DNA from: an uncultured Trueperaceae bacterium
GTDB taxonomy: Bacteria; Deinococcota; Deinococci; Deinococcales; Trueperaceae
Assembly (NCBI GenBank): GCA_963727505.1
Contig: CAVSGP010000004.1
Location: 896,001 to 960,000, forward strand
Length of the DNA stretch: 64,000 nucleotides
Reading direction: 5' to 3'
Of the stretch, positions 31,801-41,672 are shown piece by piece. The notes beneath the pieces were generated by a model. That model saw only the letters and a program-made list of their open reading frames with translations, searched no databases and was not told where the DNA came from. Every line of letters starts with the position of its first letter. Position 1 is the stretch's first letter. A program made the position numbers and the translations under genes.

Positions 31801-32191
31801 GCCGGAGAGCCGCTGTCTGAACATTCGACCGGACAGCCGCAACGTGATGCTGGGGACCTGAGCGCCCGGCCCGCGGGCACATCTACCGTGGGTTAGCGGT
31901 GGGTCGGCGCGGTGATCCTGTCGCGTCACGCTCGCTGTCGGCACTCGCCCACCGGCACTCCGACACCGGCGCCATCGAGTGCTTCGCCGCCGCCCACGCC
32001 AACGCGTGGGCGGCGGCCGTCGTTGTCGTGGCTCGACGGCTCCGCACGCGCCGCCACGGGCGTCGACCCGACCACGCCCCGCCGGAACGGCAATGCACCC
32101 GTCTCCGAGAGGACATTCGCACCTTCCGGAGGCCGGCTCCTGCCGCGATACTGGACACGCCGTCGGGTGCACGAGAGCGAGGAGGCGGCGT

Positions 32192-32656
32192 ATGGAGTTC
32201 AGGCGCATCCTGGTGCCGGTCGACGGGAGCCCCTGCAGCGATCGTGCCACGGAAGAGGCGATCGAGCTCGGGCACGTGTTCGGCAGCACTCTTACGTTCC
32301 TGTCGGTCATCGACAACCCCCTGCGGGGTCTGTACGGCTACTCGGAGGGGATCGGCTACTACACGGACGTCTTCGAGGCCCTCGAGCGCGCCGCCAACGC
32401 CGCCCTGGAACGTGGTGCAACCGCCGCCCGTGACGCGGGCCTCGCGGCCGAGACCCGGCTGGTGCGCGAACGGCCCCCCATCGAAGCGATCCTCGAGGCC
32501 GAACCGGAATTCGATCTGACGGTACTCGGCACCCACGGCCGGCACGGGGTCGACCGGGTCTTCCTCGGCTCGGTGACCGAAGGCGTACTGCGCCGTTCGA
32601 GAAAACCCCACCTCGTGGTGCGCTGCATCGAAGAGCGGACTCAAGCGCAGGACTGA
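32192..32656 (+). CDS. Universal stress protein
   Basis: FRRILVPVDGS...LGTHGRHGVDRVFLGSVTEG; GAGGAGG RBS. Confidence 0.95.
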   Translation: MEFRRILVPVDGSPCSDRATEEAIELGHVFGSTLTFLSVIDNPLRGLYGYSEGIGYYTDVFEALERAANAALERGATAARDAGLAAETRLVRERPPIEAILEAEPEFDLTVLGTHGRHGVDRVFLGSVTEGVLRRSRKPHLVVRCIEERTQAQD

Positions 32657-32680
32657 AGCGTTGCCAAGGAGGTCGATTGC

Positions 32681-33841
32681 ATGATCGGCACGGATCGTAT
32701 CCGCGCACTCCAGACGGAAGTCGCAACCCACCCGGCCCCTGTCCTGTCGCTCTATCTGAACGTCAACCCGGCGCGGCCGGAGAACGCCCGCAAGGCTTAC
32801 GCCCTCAGGGCACGCGCTGCCATGGAGCACCTCGGCCTCGACAAGAACACCACCCGCCAGATCGTCGCCAAGCTCCGCCAGGACCACGGCATGCCGGACG
32901 CGCGGACGCTGGTGGTCTTCGCCGGTGACGAACCGCGCACGTTCTTCGAGAGCTACGCCATCCGGCCCGAGATCGCACTCGTCGAGGCCGGCGACGGCGT
33001 GGTGGCGAGGTGGGGCGAGCCGTACGTGGCGCCTCTGCTGTTGACGGTGCAGGAACACCAACGCTACCTGGTCGTGCTGCTGGCCACCGACCACGTCCGC
33101 CTGTTCGAGCTCTACCTCGATGAGGTGGCCGAGCTCGACGCCTTGGTGCAACCGCTCGACGACAGCGGCTGGCGCCCGATGCGCGAACACGCCACCGGCG
33201 CTCCCGGCGTGCCCGCCCGCGGCGGATCGGGGAAGGACCTCTACGACAAGCGGGTGGCCGACTGGCGTCGACGCTTCCACCTCGAGGTGGGTCGGCACCT
33301 GGATCGCATCCTCGCGTCCTTAGGAGGCGACACACGACTCATCCTGATGGGGCAAGGGCAGGAGGTGAACGCCCTCGAGTCGGTGCTGCCTTCGGCGTTC
33401 CAGGCGCTGGTGGTGGAACGCCTCCCCGCCCCCGCCAACGGCGAGGCGCCGGCCGCCGAATTCGAACCGCTGTTCGCGTCGGCCATCCAGCGCATCGAGG
33501 ACGCCACGGAAGCCGCTTATCTCGACCGCATCCAGGAGAAGGGGGTCTGGGGTTTCGGTGCGACCCTCGAAGCGATCGGCGATGGGCGCATCCATCTCCT
33601 GGCGGTGCCGTGGCGCATGCACGCGACCGTGTTCACATGTCCGAACGGGGATCGGGTGGCTGCGACGCGTGCGGACGCGCAACGCCTCTGCCCCGGCGAG
33701 ACGTTGCAGGAGACACCGCTCGCCGACGTCCTCCCAACCCTCATCGCCCGCCACGGCATGCGATTCGCCGTCATGCACGGCGCCAACGAGGTCCGTCTCG
33801 CAGAGGACTTCGACGGGCTGGCGGGGCTCACCCGCTGGTAG
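32681..33841 (+). CDS. Bacterial aeRF1-like protein (baeRF/VLRF1-type; Balon-like hibernation factor candidate)
   Basis: PVLSLYLNVNP N-terminus, WGEPYVAPL, RLILMG middle domain, C-terminal GLAGLTRW; no GGQ. Confidence 0.7.
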   Translation: MIGTDRIRALQTEVATHPAPVLSLYLNVNPARPENARKAYALRARAAMEHLGLDKNTTRQIVAKLRQDHGMPDARTLVVFAGDEPRTFFESYAIRPEIALVEAGDGVVARWGEPYVAPLLLTVQEHQRYLVVLLATDHVRLFELYLDEVAELDALVQPLDDSGWRPMREHATGAPGVPARGGSGKDLYDKRVADWRRRFHLEVGRHLDRILASLGGDTRLILMGQGQEVNALESVLPSAFQALVVERLPAPANGEAPAAEFEPLFASAIQRIEDATEAAYLDRIQEKGVWGFGATLEAIGDGRIHLLAVPWRMHATVFTCPNGDRVAATRADAQRLCPGETLQETPLADVLPTLIARHGMRFAVMHGANEVRLAEDFDGLAGLTRW

Positions 33842-33845
33842 GGCC

Positions 33846-34196
33846 ATGGCCGACACGGGTCACGCGCAGCAGGTCGTTCGCCGGCTTCTCGATGCGGAGA
33901 AGGGCGCCACGGCGCGCCTCGCTGAGGCCGAGGAGCGCGCCCGGCAACAGCTCGCAAGCGCCCACGAGGAAGCCAACCGTACGCGTGCGGATGCTCAGGA
34001 ACGCGCTGCGAGAGAAGGGCATGCCACGCTCGCGTCGGCACGCAGCGAAGCGGAGGCGGAGGCGGCCGCTCTCATCGCCACGGAGCGGGAACGGTGGCAG
34101 CACATCACGGACGCGGCCCAGAGCCGCATCGGTGCCGCCGCCAACGACGTGGTCGCCTGGGTATGCGCCACCGACGATGCGGAGGAGCTCCCATGA
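33846..34196 (+). CDS. V/A-type ATPase peripheral stalk subunit G/H
   Basis: A/E/R-rich coiled coil (LLDAEK..A...LAEA) at the head of the operon. Confidence 0.7.
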   Translation: MADTGHAQQVVRRLLDAEKGATARLAEAEERARQQLASAHEEANRTRADAQERAAREGHATLASARSEAEAEAAALIATERERWQHITDAAQSRIGAAANDVVAWVCATDDAEELP

Positions 34197-35224
34197 TGGG
34201 CGTCTTCCGCCATGCGGCCGCGTATGCGCAGGTACGCGCACGCCTGCCCGGCCTGCTCTCCTCGTCGGAGTGGCGGTCGCTGCTGGAGGAGCAGGGGGTT
34301 GAAGGGATCGCCCGGCGGCTGGAGGGCGGCGCGTACGGCAGCGAGCTCCCCAGCCAACCCGCCGCCCTCGAGCTTCGACTCAAGGCGACGCTAGCGGAGG
34401 AAACGGGTGCCGTGGCGACGTTCCACTGGGGCGCCACCAGGGCGCTGCTCGACGCGTACGCCAGGCGCTTCGAGCTGGCCAACCTCAAGACGGTGTTGCG
34501 CGCCCGCCACCACGGCGTCCCCTGGGCGCGGAGCGTGGTCGTGATGACCCCCCTGAAGCGCTCTTCGCTCCCGTGGCGTCCGCTGCTCGAGGCCCCGTCC
34601 ATGGAGGCGGTCGCGCGGCTGCTGGCAGGAACGCCGTTCGCCCGACCGCTGCTCACCGTTCTCGAACAGCACGGGGATGCCGCTCCCTTCCGCTTCGAGG
34701 TCGCCCTCGACCTCGCCTACTTCCAGGAGCTCGTGCGGCGCATCGAGCGCTTGACAGGCCGCGACGGCGAACGCGCCCGCACCTTCCTCGGCGATTGGAT
34801 CGAGGTCGAGAACCTGGAGTGGGCCTTCCGCTACCGGCGGCTGGCCGGGCTCACGCCCGAGGAGACGGTCAACTACACCTTGCACAGGGCCTTCGGAGCG
34901 GGGCTCGACGCGGTGAGGCGGGTGGTGATGGGGAGCACCGTCGCCGAGGAGGCGGCCCGGCTCGGGTACGTGATCGACGGCGACGCGCCGGAGGACGAGG
35001 CGCTCGCGGCGTTGGAGCGGACCGCGGGACAGCAGCGCGCCGACGCGGCTCTCCACCTGTTCCTCGGGGCGCCCTTCGATGTGGGCGCTCCCCTGGCGCT
35101 GCTCACCCTGCGCGAGACCGAGGTGCTCGACCTGATCACGCTGATCGAGGGCGTCGCGGCGGGCCTGAGCAAGGGCGCGCTGGCCACCCGCTTCCTGGGA
35201 CCGTTGCGCCATGGAGAGGCCTGA
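34193..35224 (+). CDS. ntpC: V/A-type ATPase subunit C (d)
   Basis: YAQVRA..LL, FELANLKTVLR, EVALDLAYF, E..NL.WAFR. Confidence 0.85.
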   Translation: MMGVFRHAAAYAQVRARLPGLLSSSEWRSLLEEQGVEGIARRLEGGAYGSELPSQPAALELRLKATLAEETGAVATFHWGATRALLDAYARRFELANLKTVLRARHHGVPWARSVVVMTPLKRSSLPWRPLLEAPSMEAVARLLAGTPFARPLLTVLEQHGDAAPFRFEVALDLAYFQELVRRIERLTGRDGERARTFLGDWIEVENLEWAFRYRRLAGLTPEETVNYTLHRAFGAGLDAVRRVVMGSTVAEEAARLGYVIDGDAPEDEALAALERTAGQQRADAALHLFLGAPFDVGAPLALLTLRETEVLDLITLIEGVAAGLSKGALATRFLGPLRHGEA

Positions 35225-37130
35225 CCCCGTGCTCGCGCCCGAACGGCTCCAGGAAGTGAGCATCTTCGTGCTCGAGCGCGATGTAGAAGTCAGCGCCAAC
35301 GTCCTGCTCCACTCCGAAACCCTCCACCTCGAGGACGTCGAAACCGAGTCCCTGGAGCCGAAGCGTCACTGGGCCGAGATCGCCGAGCGGGCGCTGGTGT
35401 TGGCGCGCCGCGCCGGACAGGTGCTCGAGCTCCTCGGCATCGAATCGCAGACCCAGGCACCGACCGAACCCGTGCGCCCCAGTGACGAGCTCGAACTGAT
35501 GGAAGCGCAACTGGCCGTGGCGGAGACGCGCGTCCGATCCTGGCGTTCCCGCGCCGACCGGAGCAGACGCGAGTTGGAATCGCTGGCGTTGGCCCGGTCC
35601 CAGCTCGAGTTACTCGAGCCGCTCGACGTCCCCGTCGAGGCGCTGGCTGAGCTCCGGCAGCACTACGTCGTCGTCGGAACCATGCCGGCCGAGAACCTCG
35701 CGCGCGTCGCAGCCGCGCTGTTCACCGTGTCGTTCGTGATCGCTCCGGTGCAGGTGCGCGCCGGGCGCGCTCTGGTGGTGGCGGCCAGCACGCATCAGGA
35801 CGCCGCCATCCTGGACCGGGCATTGCGCAGCGCCTTCTTCGAACCGATCCCACTCCCGGCCGACGCGCGCGGCCATCCGAAGGAGGCGCTGGCGGCGCTC
35901 GAACGGAGCACCGAGCAGGCGCGAGCGCGGCAGACGGAACTCCAGACCGAACGCGCCCGCCTCGCCGCTGCGCTGCGCGAGACCCTCGTTCCGCTCGAGG
36001 CACGCCTGCATGCCGCCGCGGTCGTGGCCGAGGCGATCCGGCGCTTCCCCAGCCGTGGCGAGGTCTACCTGATCGCGGGCTGGGTCCCGGCGCGTAGCGT
36101 CGAGGCTCTCGGCAACAAGCTCCGCGCCGCCGCCACCGCCCCCGTCGTGTTGCAGGCGGCACCGCCTGCCGACACGCGGCAGGGCGTGCCCACACTCCTC
36201 AACACACCGCCCTGGCTACGGCCCTTCCGGATCCTGGTCACCACCTTCGGCCTCTCGGGCTATCGCGAGATCGACCCCACGCTGCCGGCGGCCGCGACCT
36301 TCGTGCTCATGTACGGGATGATGTTCGGAGACATCGGACACGGACTGCTGCTGGCCGCAGCGGGAGCCTTGATGGGCAGGCGCGGCGGGCCGTTGGCGCG
36401 CATCATCACCGTGGCGGGCGTGAGCGGAGCGCTGTTCGGCGTGCTCTACGGGACCGTGCTCGGCGCCCCGCTGTTCGCTCCCCTGTGGCTCCGGCCCATG
36501 GACCGCATCCAGGACCTGCTCCTGGCGTCCCTCGTGGCCGGCGCGCTGGTCCTCAACCTCGGCTTCGCCCTCAACCTGCTCACGCGGGCCCGCACCCACG
36601 ACGTCTTGGGGCTCGTACTGGACAAGAAGGGCATCGTCGGGCTGCTCTTCTACTGGACGCTCGTCGGCGGCACCGTCCTGAGCCTCCTCGGAAGGCTCGA
36701 TGTCCGCATCATGCTCGTGGTGTTGGCCCCGCTGGCGCTGCTGCTGTGGCTCAAGGAGCCGATCGAGGAACGACTCAAGGGACGACCCGTGGGGCCCATC
36801 GGCGACATCGTCGTGACGGGCTTCTTCGAGCTCTTCGAGACGGTGCTCGGTTACGCCAGCAACAGCCTCTCGTTCGTCCGGCTGGGGGCCTTCGCGATCG
36901 CTCACGAGGGGCTCTCCACCATGGTGCTCCGCTACTCCGGCGGGCCCGCGGGCTGGGCCGTGCTGGTGTTGGGAACCGCACTGATCGTCGGCTTCGAGGG
37001 GCTGGTGGTGGGGATCCAGGCCTTGCGCCTGGAGTACTTCGAGTTCTTCGGTCGTTTCTTCAGGGGCGACGGTACCCCCTTCGTCCCACTGACGTTCCAG
37101 GGAGGTCGCGATGCTCGGATGCAAGCCTAG
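35211..37130 (+). CDS. ntpI: V/A-type ATPase subunit I (a)
   Basis: YREIDPT, MFGDIGHG, NSLSFVRLGAFAIAH (essential Arg), QALRLEYFEFFGRFF. Confidence 0.95.
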   Translation: MERPDPVLAPERLQEVSIFVLERDVEVSANVLLHSETLHLEDVETESLEPKRHWAEIAERALVLARRAGQVLELLGIESQTQAPTEPVRPSDELELMEAQLAVAETRVRSWRSRADRSRRELESLALARSQLELLEPLDVPVEALAELRQHYVVVGTMPAENLARVAAALFTVSFVIAPVQVRAGRALVVAASTHQDAAILDRALRSAFFEPIPLPADARGHPKEALAALERSTEQARARQTELQTERARLAAALRETLVPLEARLHAAAVVAEAIRRFPSRGEVYLIAGWVPARSVEALGNKLRAAATAPVVLQAAPPADTRQGVPTLLNTPPWLRPFRILVTTFGLSGYREIDPTLPAAATFVLMYGMMFGDIGHGLLLAAAGALMGRRGGPLARIITVAGVSGALFGVLYGTVLGAPLFAPLWLRPMDRIQDLLLASLVAGALVLNLGFALNLLTRARTHDVLGLVLDKKGIVGLLFYWTLVGGTVLSLLGRLDVRIMLVVLAPLALLLWLKEPIEERLKGRPVGPIGDIVVTGFFELFETVLGYASNSLSFVRLGAFAIAHEGLSTMVLRYSGGPAGWAVLVLGTALIVGFEGLVVGIQALRLEYFEFFGRFFRGDGTPFVPLTFQGGRDARMQA

Positions 37131-37449
37131 GTCCTTCACGCTTCGGATGCTCGTTGCGCTGGCGGTGTGGACATGGGCCGCACTGGCGGCGGCCCAGACA
37201 ACCCCACAGGGTCCTGACCAGGTGGTGCAGGCCGCCACCCAAGGGAATCCCTTCCTGGCCGCCGCCATCGCCACCGGTCTCGCCGCCATCGGAGCGGGCA
37301 TCGCGGTGGGGATCGCGGGGGCTGCAGCCATCGGCGCGATCGCCGAGAAGCCCGAGCTCCTTGGCCGGAGCCTGATCTTCGTCGGTCTGGCCGAAGGGAT
37401 CGTCATCTACGGGCTGATCATCTCCTTCATCATCCTGGGGACGGGTTGA
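37111..37449 (+). CDS. ntpK: V/A-type ATPase proteolipid subunit K (c), single hairpin with signal-like N-terminus
   Basis: GAAAIGAIAEKPE...FVGLAEGIVIYGL (carboxylate Glu; no Gln or Ser/Thr Na+ signature, so probably H+); start may be ATG 37148. Confidence 0.92.
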   Translation: MLGCKPRSFTLRMLVALAVWTWAALAAAQTTPQGPDQVVQAATQGNPFLAAAIATGLAAIGAGIAVGIAGAAAIGAIAEKPELLGRSLIFVGLAEGIVIYGLIISFIILGTG

Positions 37450-37775
37450 GCATCGTGGCCACGGCTCGCGGGCTCTTGGTCATCGGGGGCGCTGATGTCG
37501 TCTTGGGCCTCGGGCTGCTCGGCATCGAGGGCGTCGCCGTATCCGATGCGCCGCAGGCCCGCGCGGCGCTGGAGCAGGCCCTCGCCGATCCCGGCACCGC
37601 GCTGGTGTTGATGGATGAGGCCTGGGTCGAGGGCCTGCGCGACACCCTGGAGGCGGTCGCGCAGGAGTCCGCGCGTCCGCTGGTGGTCGAGATCCCCAGC
37701 GCGACCGGAGCCGACGCGGCGCAGGCGCTCCGCTCGAGGGTCGAGCGCGCGCTCGGCTTCCAGTTGAGGGAGTGA
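37446..37775 (+). CDS. ntpF: V/A-type ATPase subunit F
   Basis: VIGGADVVLGLGLLGIEG...PLVVEIP. Confidence 0.88.
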   Translation: MSIVATARGLLVIGGADVVLGLGLLGIEGVAVSDAPQARAALEQALADPGTALVLMDEAWVEGLRDTLEAVAQESARPLVVEIPSATGADAAQALRSRVERALGFQLRE

Positions 37776-38410
37776 GCCCGGACATGTTGGATGTGCGCGG
37801 AGATCTGGAAGCACTGGTGGCGGAGGCCCATCGGCGGGTGGAACAGCGCGCCCTCGAGCAGGAGGCCAACGCCGAGCGACGCTCCGCAGAGACGCTGAAC
37901 GAAGCGCGCGACGCCGCCGCCGCGATCGTGGAGGACCACCGGCAGCGCACGGAGGCCGAAGCGGCCGAGGTTCGCGTGCGCGTGCTGGCGCTCGGTGAGA
38001 TGCGTGCGAAGCGCGTCGCACTGGAACAACGCGAGGCCCTGCTCGACATCGTCTGGGAACGTGCCAGGGCGCGACTCGAGGCGCTTCCCGACGATCGCCG
38101 ACGATACCTCGCCACGCTCCGAAGACTGGCCGCCCTGGCTGCTCAGAGCCTCGGAGTGGGCGAGGTGGAGCTCGCCTCGGAGGTACGCGGACACGACCTC
38201 CTCACACCAGCGCGGCTCGAGGCGTGGGGCACGGAGGACGGCGTGCGCTATCGCCGCGCGGCCGCTCCGGTGACGATGATGGGCGGTCTGGTGGCGAGCG
38301 CCGACCGGCTCCGGGTCGATGTCAGCTTCGACACGCGCCTCCGGATCGCCCAGGAAGAGCTGCGTGACGGCGCCGCCGCGCTGCTCCTGGAAGGCGATGG
38401 GAAGCCGTGA
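37772..38410 (+). CDS. ntpE: V/A-type ATPase subunit E
   Basis: N-terminal coiled coil; GGLVASADRLRVDVSFDTRL. Confidence 0.85.
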   Translation: MSPDMLDVRGDLEALVAEAHRRVEQRALEQEANAERRSAETLNEARDAAAAIVEDHRQRTEAEAAEVRVRVLALGEMRAKRVALEQREALLDIVWERARARLEALPDDRRRYLATLRRLAALAAQSLGVGEVELASEVRGHDLLTPARLEAWGTEDGVRYRRAAAPVTMMGGLVASADRLRVDVSFDTRLRIAQEELRDGAAALLLEGDGKP

Positions 38411-38426
38411 ACGGAAGGGTGAGGCC

Positions 38427-40235
38427 GTGAGGCAGGTCGGCACCGTGAGCTGGATCAGCGGACCGGTGGTCAAGGCGCGGTTGAGCGCTCCGGTCGGGCT
38501 GCTGGAGCAGGTGTTGGTCGGCGCCCTCGGGCTCACAGGCGAGGTCATCGCGCGAGACCACGATCTCGCGACGGTGCAGGTGTACGAGGAGACGGACGGC
38601 GTGCGGCCCGGTGAGCCTGTGCGGTCCGACGGGCACCCCCTGGAAGTGACTCTGGGGCCGGGCCTGTTGGGCCAGGTCTACGACGGCCTCCAACGCCCCC
38701 TGGAGAGGTTGCTCGAGAGCGGCCCCGGCATCGAGCGGGGGGCCCACGCCGATCCGCTTCCGGACCGGACGTGGCGGTTCGTCGCGCGCGCCGCCGAAGG
38801 CGCCGAGGCCCACCCCGGCTCCCTGGTCGGCACCGTGCAGGAGACGCCCCTGATCGAGCATCGGGTGCTCGTTCCCGCCGGCCTGGAGGGCACGTTCGAG
38901 TGGGTCGCCGACGACGGCGACCTTGCCCGCGACAGCGTGGTGGCCCGGATCCGCAGCGCAGCCGACGGCGAGACGCACGAGCTGACGATGGTGCAGCGCT
39001 GGCCCGTTCGCGTGGCACGCCCGTCGCTGAGGAGGCTCGACTCCGACCGCCCCCTGGTGACGGGGCAACGCGTGCTCGACACCTTCTACCCGGTCGCTCG
39101 CGGCGGTGCGGTGGCGCTCCCCGGGCCGTTCGGAGCCGGCAAGACCATCCTGCAGCACAGCCTGGCGAAGTGGTGCGACGCCGAGGTGATCGTCTACGTG
39201 GGGTGTGGCGAGCGCGGCAACGAGATCGCCCAGGTCCTCAGCGACTTCCCCACCCTGCTCGACCCCGCCTCGGGCCGGCCGCTGTTGGAGCGAACGATCC
39301 TGATCGCCAACACCTCGAACATGCCGGTGGCCGCACGCGAGGCCAGCATCTACACGGGGCTGGCGATGGCGGAGTACTACCGGGACATGGGTTACAGCGT
39401 CGCACTGATGGCCGACTCGACCAGCCGCTGGGCCGAGGCGCTGCGAGAGATCGCGGGGCGTCTGGAGGAGATGCCGGCCGAGGAGGGCTACCCTGCCTAC
39501 CTGCCCAGCCGCTTGGCCGCCTTCTACGAGCGCGCCGGGGTGGTCGAAACGCTCTCGGGCCAGGCCGGGTCGGTCACCATCATCGGAGCGGTCAGCCCCC
39601 CGGGCGGCGACTTCACCGAGCCCGTCACCCAGCATACGCAGCGCTTCACGAGGGCGCTCTGGGCCCTCAGCCGCGAGCTCGCCAGCGCCCGACACTACCC
39701 GGCCATCAGCTGGGAGAGCAGCTACAGCTTCTACGTCGACGAGGTCGCTGCCTGGTGGGAAGCGGAGGGAGGCGAGGGCTGGTCGCAGTTGCGGGGGCGT
39801 GCAGTGTCCATCCTGGAGCAGGACGCTCGCCTGGAGCAGGTCGTGAGGCTCGTCGGGAGCGAGGCGCTGCCCGACCGTCAACGCTGGGTGCTGGAAGCCG
39901 CCCGCTTGCTCAAGGAAGGATTCCTGCGGCAGAACGCCCTGCATCCGATCGACGCCATGTGCCCGCCCAAGAAGCAGGCGAGCCTGCTGGCCCTGTTCGT
40001 GCGGCTCTTCGAACGCGGCCGCGATCTCATCGACGCCGGCGTGCCCCTGGTGAGGGTACGCTCCGCGATCGACGCCGGACGCCTGCTTCGGCTCAAGGAG
40101 ACCGCACCAGGCGACGATCTCTCGCTCATCGAGGCGGCCGAGCGGGAGACCGATGCCGCCTTGGTGGCCCTGCGCGCCACCCCGACCTCGGCGAGTCCTG
40201 CCGAGGCCACGCGACCTGACGGGGACGCGCCATGA
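38427..40235 (+). CDS. ntpA: V/A-type ATPase catalytic subunit A
   Basis: ISGPVV, QVYEET, P-loop GPFGAGKT, GCGERGNE, ANTSNMPVAAREAS. Confidence 0.97.
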   Translation: MRQVGTVSWISGPVVKARLSAPVGLLEQVLVGALGLTGEVIARDHDLATVQVYEETDGVRPGEPVRSDGHPLEVTLGPGLLGQVYDGLQRPLERLLESGPGIERGAHADPLPDRTWRFVARAAEGAEAHPGSLVGTVQETPLIEHRVLVPAGLEGTFEWVADDGDLARDSVVARIRSAADGETHELTMVQRWPVRVARPSLRRLDSDRPLVTGQRVLDTFYPVARGGAVALPGPFGAGKTILQHSLAKWCDAEVIVYVGCGERGNEIAQVLSDFPTLLDPASGRPLLERTILIANTSNMPVAAREASIYTGLAMAEYYRDMGYSVALMADSTSRWAEALREIAGRLEEMPAEEGYPAYLPSRLAAFYERAGVVETLSGQAGSVTIIGAVSPPGGDFTEPVTQHTQRFTRALWALSRELASARHYPAISWESSYSFYVDEVAAWWEAEGGEGWSQLRGRAVSILEQDARLEQVVRLVGSEALPDRQRWVLEAARLLKEGFLRQNALHPIDAMCPPKKQASLLALFVRLFERGRDLIDAGVPLVRVRSAIDAGRLLRLKETAPGDDLSLIEAAERETDAALVALRATPTSASPAEATRPDGDAP

Positions 40236-40268
40236 GATCCCCTCCAGCCGTCAGCACGGATCGAACTG

Positions 40269-41672
40269 GTGGGCGCCGACCGTATCGAGGGGCCGCTCCT
40301 CCTGCTCGAGGGGTTCGGGCGGGCGGCCTACGGCGAAGTGGTCGAGGTCCACGGCGCCGGGCCCGTCCGCCTGGGCGAAGTGCTGGCATCCTCGGAAGAC
40401 TCGGCCGTAATCGAGCTGTGGGGCGACACGGCTGGGATGGCTCCCGAGACGTTGAGCGTGCGCTTCCGAGGCCAGACGCTGCATGCCCCGGTCGCCGAAG
40501 AGATGCTCGGGCGGGTGTTCGACGGGCTCGGTCGACCGCGCGACGGTCTACCCCCTCCGATCGCGGAGCGCCGCGTCGACGTGCATGGGCGACCGATCAA
40601 TCCCGCCGCCCGCGCTTACCCACGGGATCCCATCGAGACCGGAGTGTCGGCGATCGACCTGATGAACACCCTGGTGCGCGGTCAGAAGCTTCCGCTGTTC
40701 TCGGGGTCGGGGCTGCCGCACAACGAGCTGGCGGCTCAGATCGCCCTGCAAGCCCGCATCGCCGGCGAAGGCGAGCGCTTCGCCGTCGTGTTCGTGGCCC
40801 TGGGAAGCTCGCACGACACGGCCGCGTTCTTCCGTGAGCAGTTCGAGGACTCCGGCCTGCTGGCACGCACCGCCCTGTTCCTCAACCTGGCGGACGACGC
40901 GCCGATGGAGCGCATCGTCACGCCCCGCGTGGCACTGTCGCTGGCCGAGCACCTGGCCTTCGAGCACGACTACCACGTCCTAGCACTCCTGACGGACATG
41001 ACCAACTACGCCGAGGCCCTGCGCGAGCTCTCCGCCCGCAAGAACGAGGTCCCCGGTCGCAAGGGCTACCCCGGTTACCTCTACACCGACCTGGCGTCGA
41101 TCTACGAGCGCTGCGGCCGCATCAAGGGCGCGAAGGGATCGCTCACCCAGATCCCCATCCTGACCATGCCGGGAGACGACATCACCCACCCGGTGCCCGA
41201 CCTCACCGGATACATCACGGAGGGCCAGGTGGTGCTCAGCCGGGCGCTCCACCGGGCCGAGGTCTACCCTCCCGTGGATGTGATGCTGTCGCTGTCGCGG
41301 CTGATGAAGGACGGCATCGGCAAGGGCGTCACGCGCGAGGACCACGCCGGACTGGCGGCACAGCTCTACGCGGCCTACGCTCGCGTCCAGGAGGTCCGAA
41401 ATCTGGCGACCGTGATCGGCGACGCGGCGCTCGCCTCGATCGACCGCATGGTCCTGGAGTTCGGAGAGCGTTTCGAGCACGACGTCCTCCGGCAGGGGTC
41501 GAGCGAGATCCGCAGCATCGAGGACAGCCTCGATCGGGGCTGGGCGGCGCTATCGGTGCTGCCCATGGACGAGTTGACACGCGTCGGCGCCGAAGACCTG
41601 CAGAAGCACTACCGTGGCCGGCTTCCGGCCACGGAGGCGGGCTCGCCCCCCGGTTCCGAGGAGCCCCCATGA
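40269..41672 (+). CDS. ntpB: V/A-type ATPase subunit B (start ambiguous)
   Basis: RIEGPL, GQKLPLFSGSGLPHN, TDMTNYAEALRE, HPVPDLTGYITEGQ. Confidence 0.95.
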   Translation: MGADRIEGPLLLLEGFGRAAYGEVVEVHGAGPVRLGEVLASSEDSAVIELWGDTAGMAPETLSVRFRGQTLHAPVAEEMLGRVFDGLGRPRDGLPPPIAERRVDVHGRPINPAARAYPRDPIETGVSAIDLMNTLVRGQKLPLFSGSGLPHNELAAQIALQARIAGEGERFAVVFVALGSSHDTAAFFREQFEDSGLLARTALFLNLADDAPMERIVTPRVALSLAEHLAFEHDYHVLALLTDMTNYAEALRELSARKNEVPGRKGYPGYLYTDLASIYERCGRIKGAKGSLTQIPILTMPGDDITHPVPDLTGYITEGQVVLSRALHRAEVYPPVDVMLSLSRLMKDGIGKGVTREDHAGLAAQLYAAYARVQEVRNLATVIGDAALASIDRMVLEFGERFEHDVLRQGSSEIRSIEDSLDRGWAALSVLPMDELTRVGAEDLQKHYRGRLPATEAGSPPGSEEPP

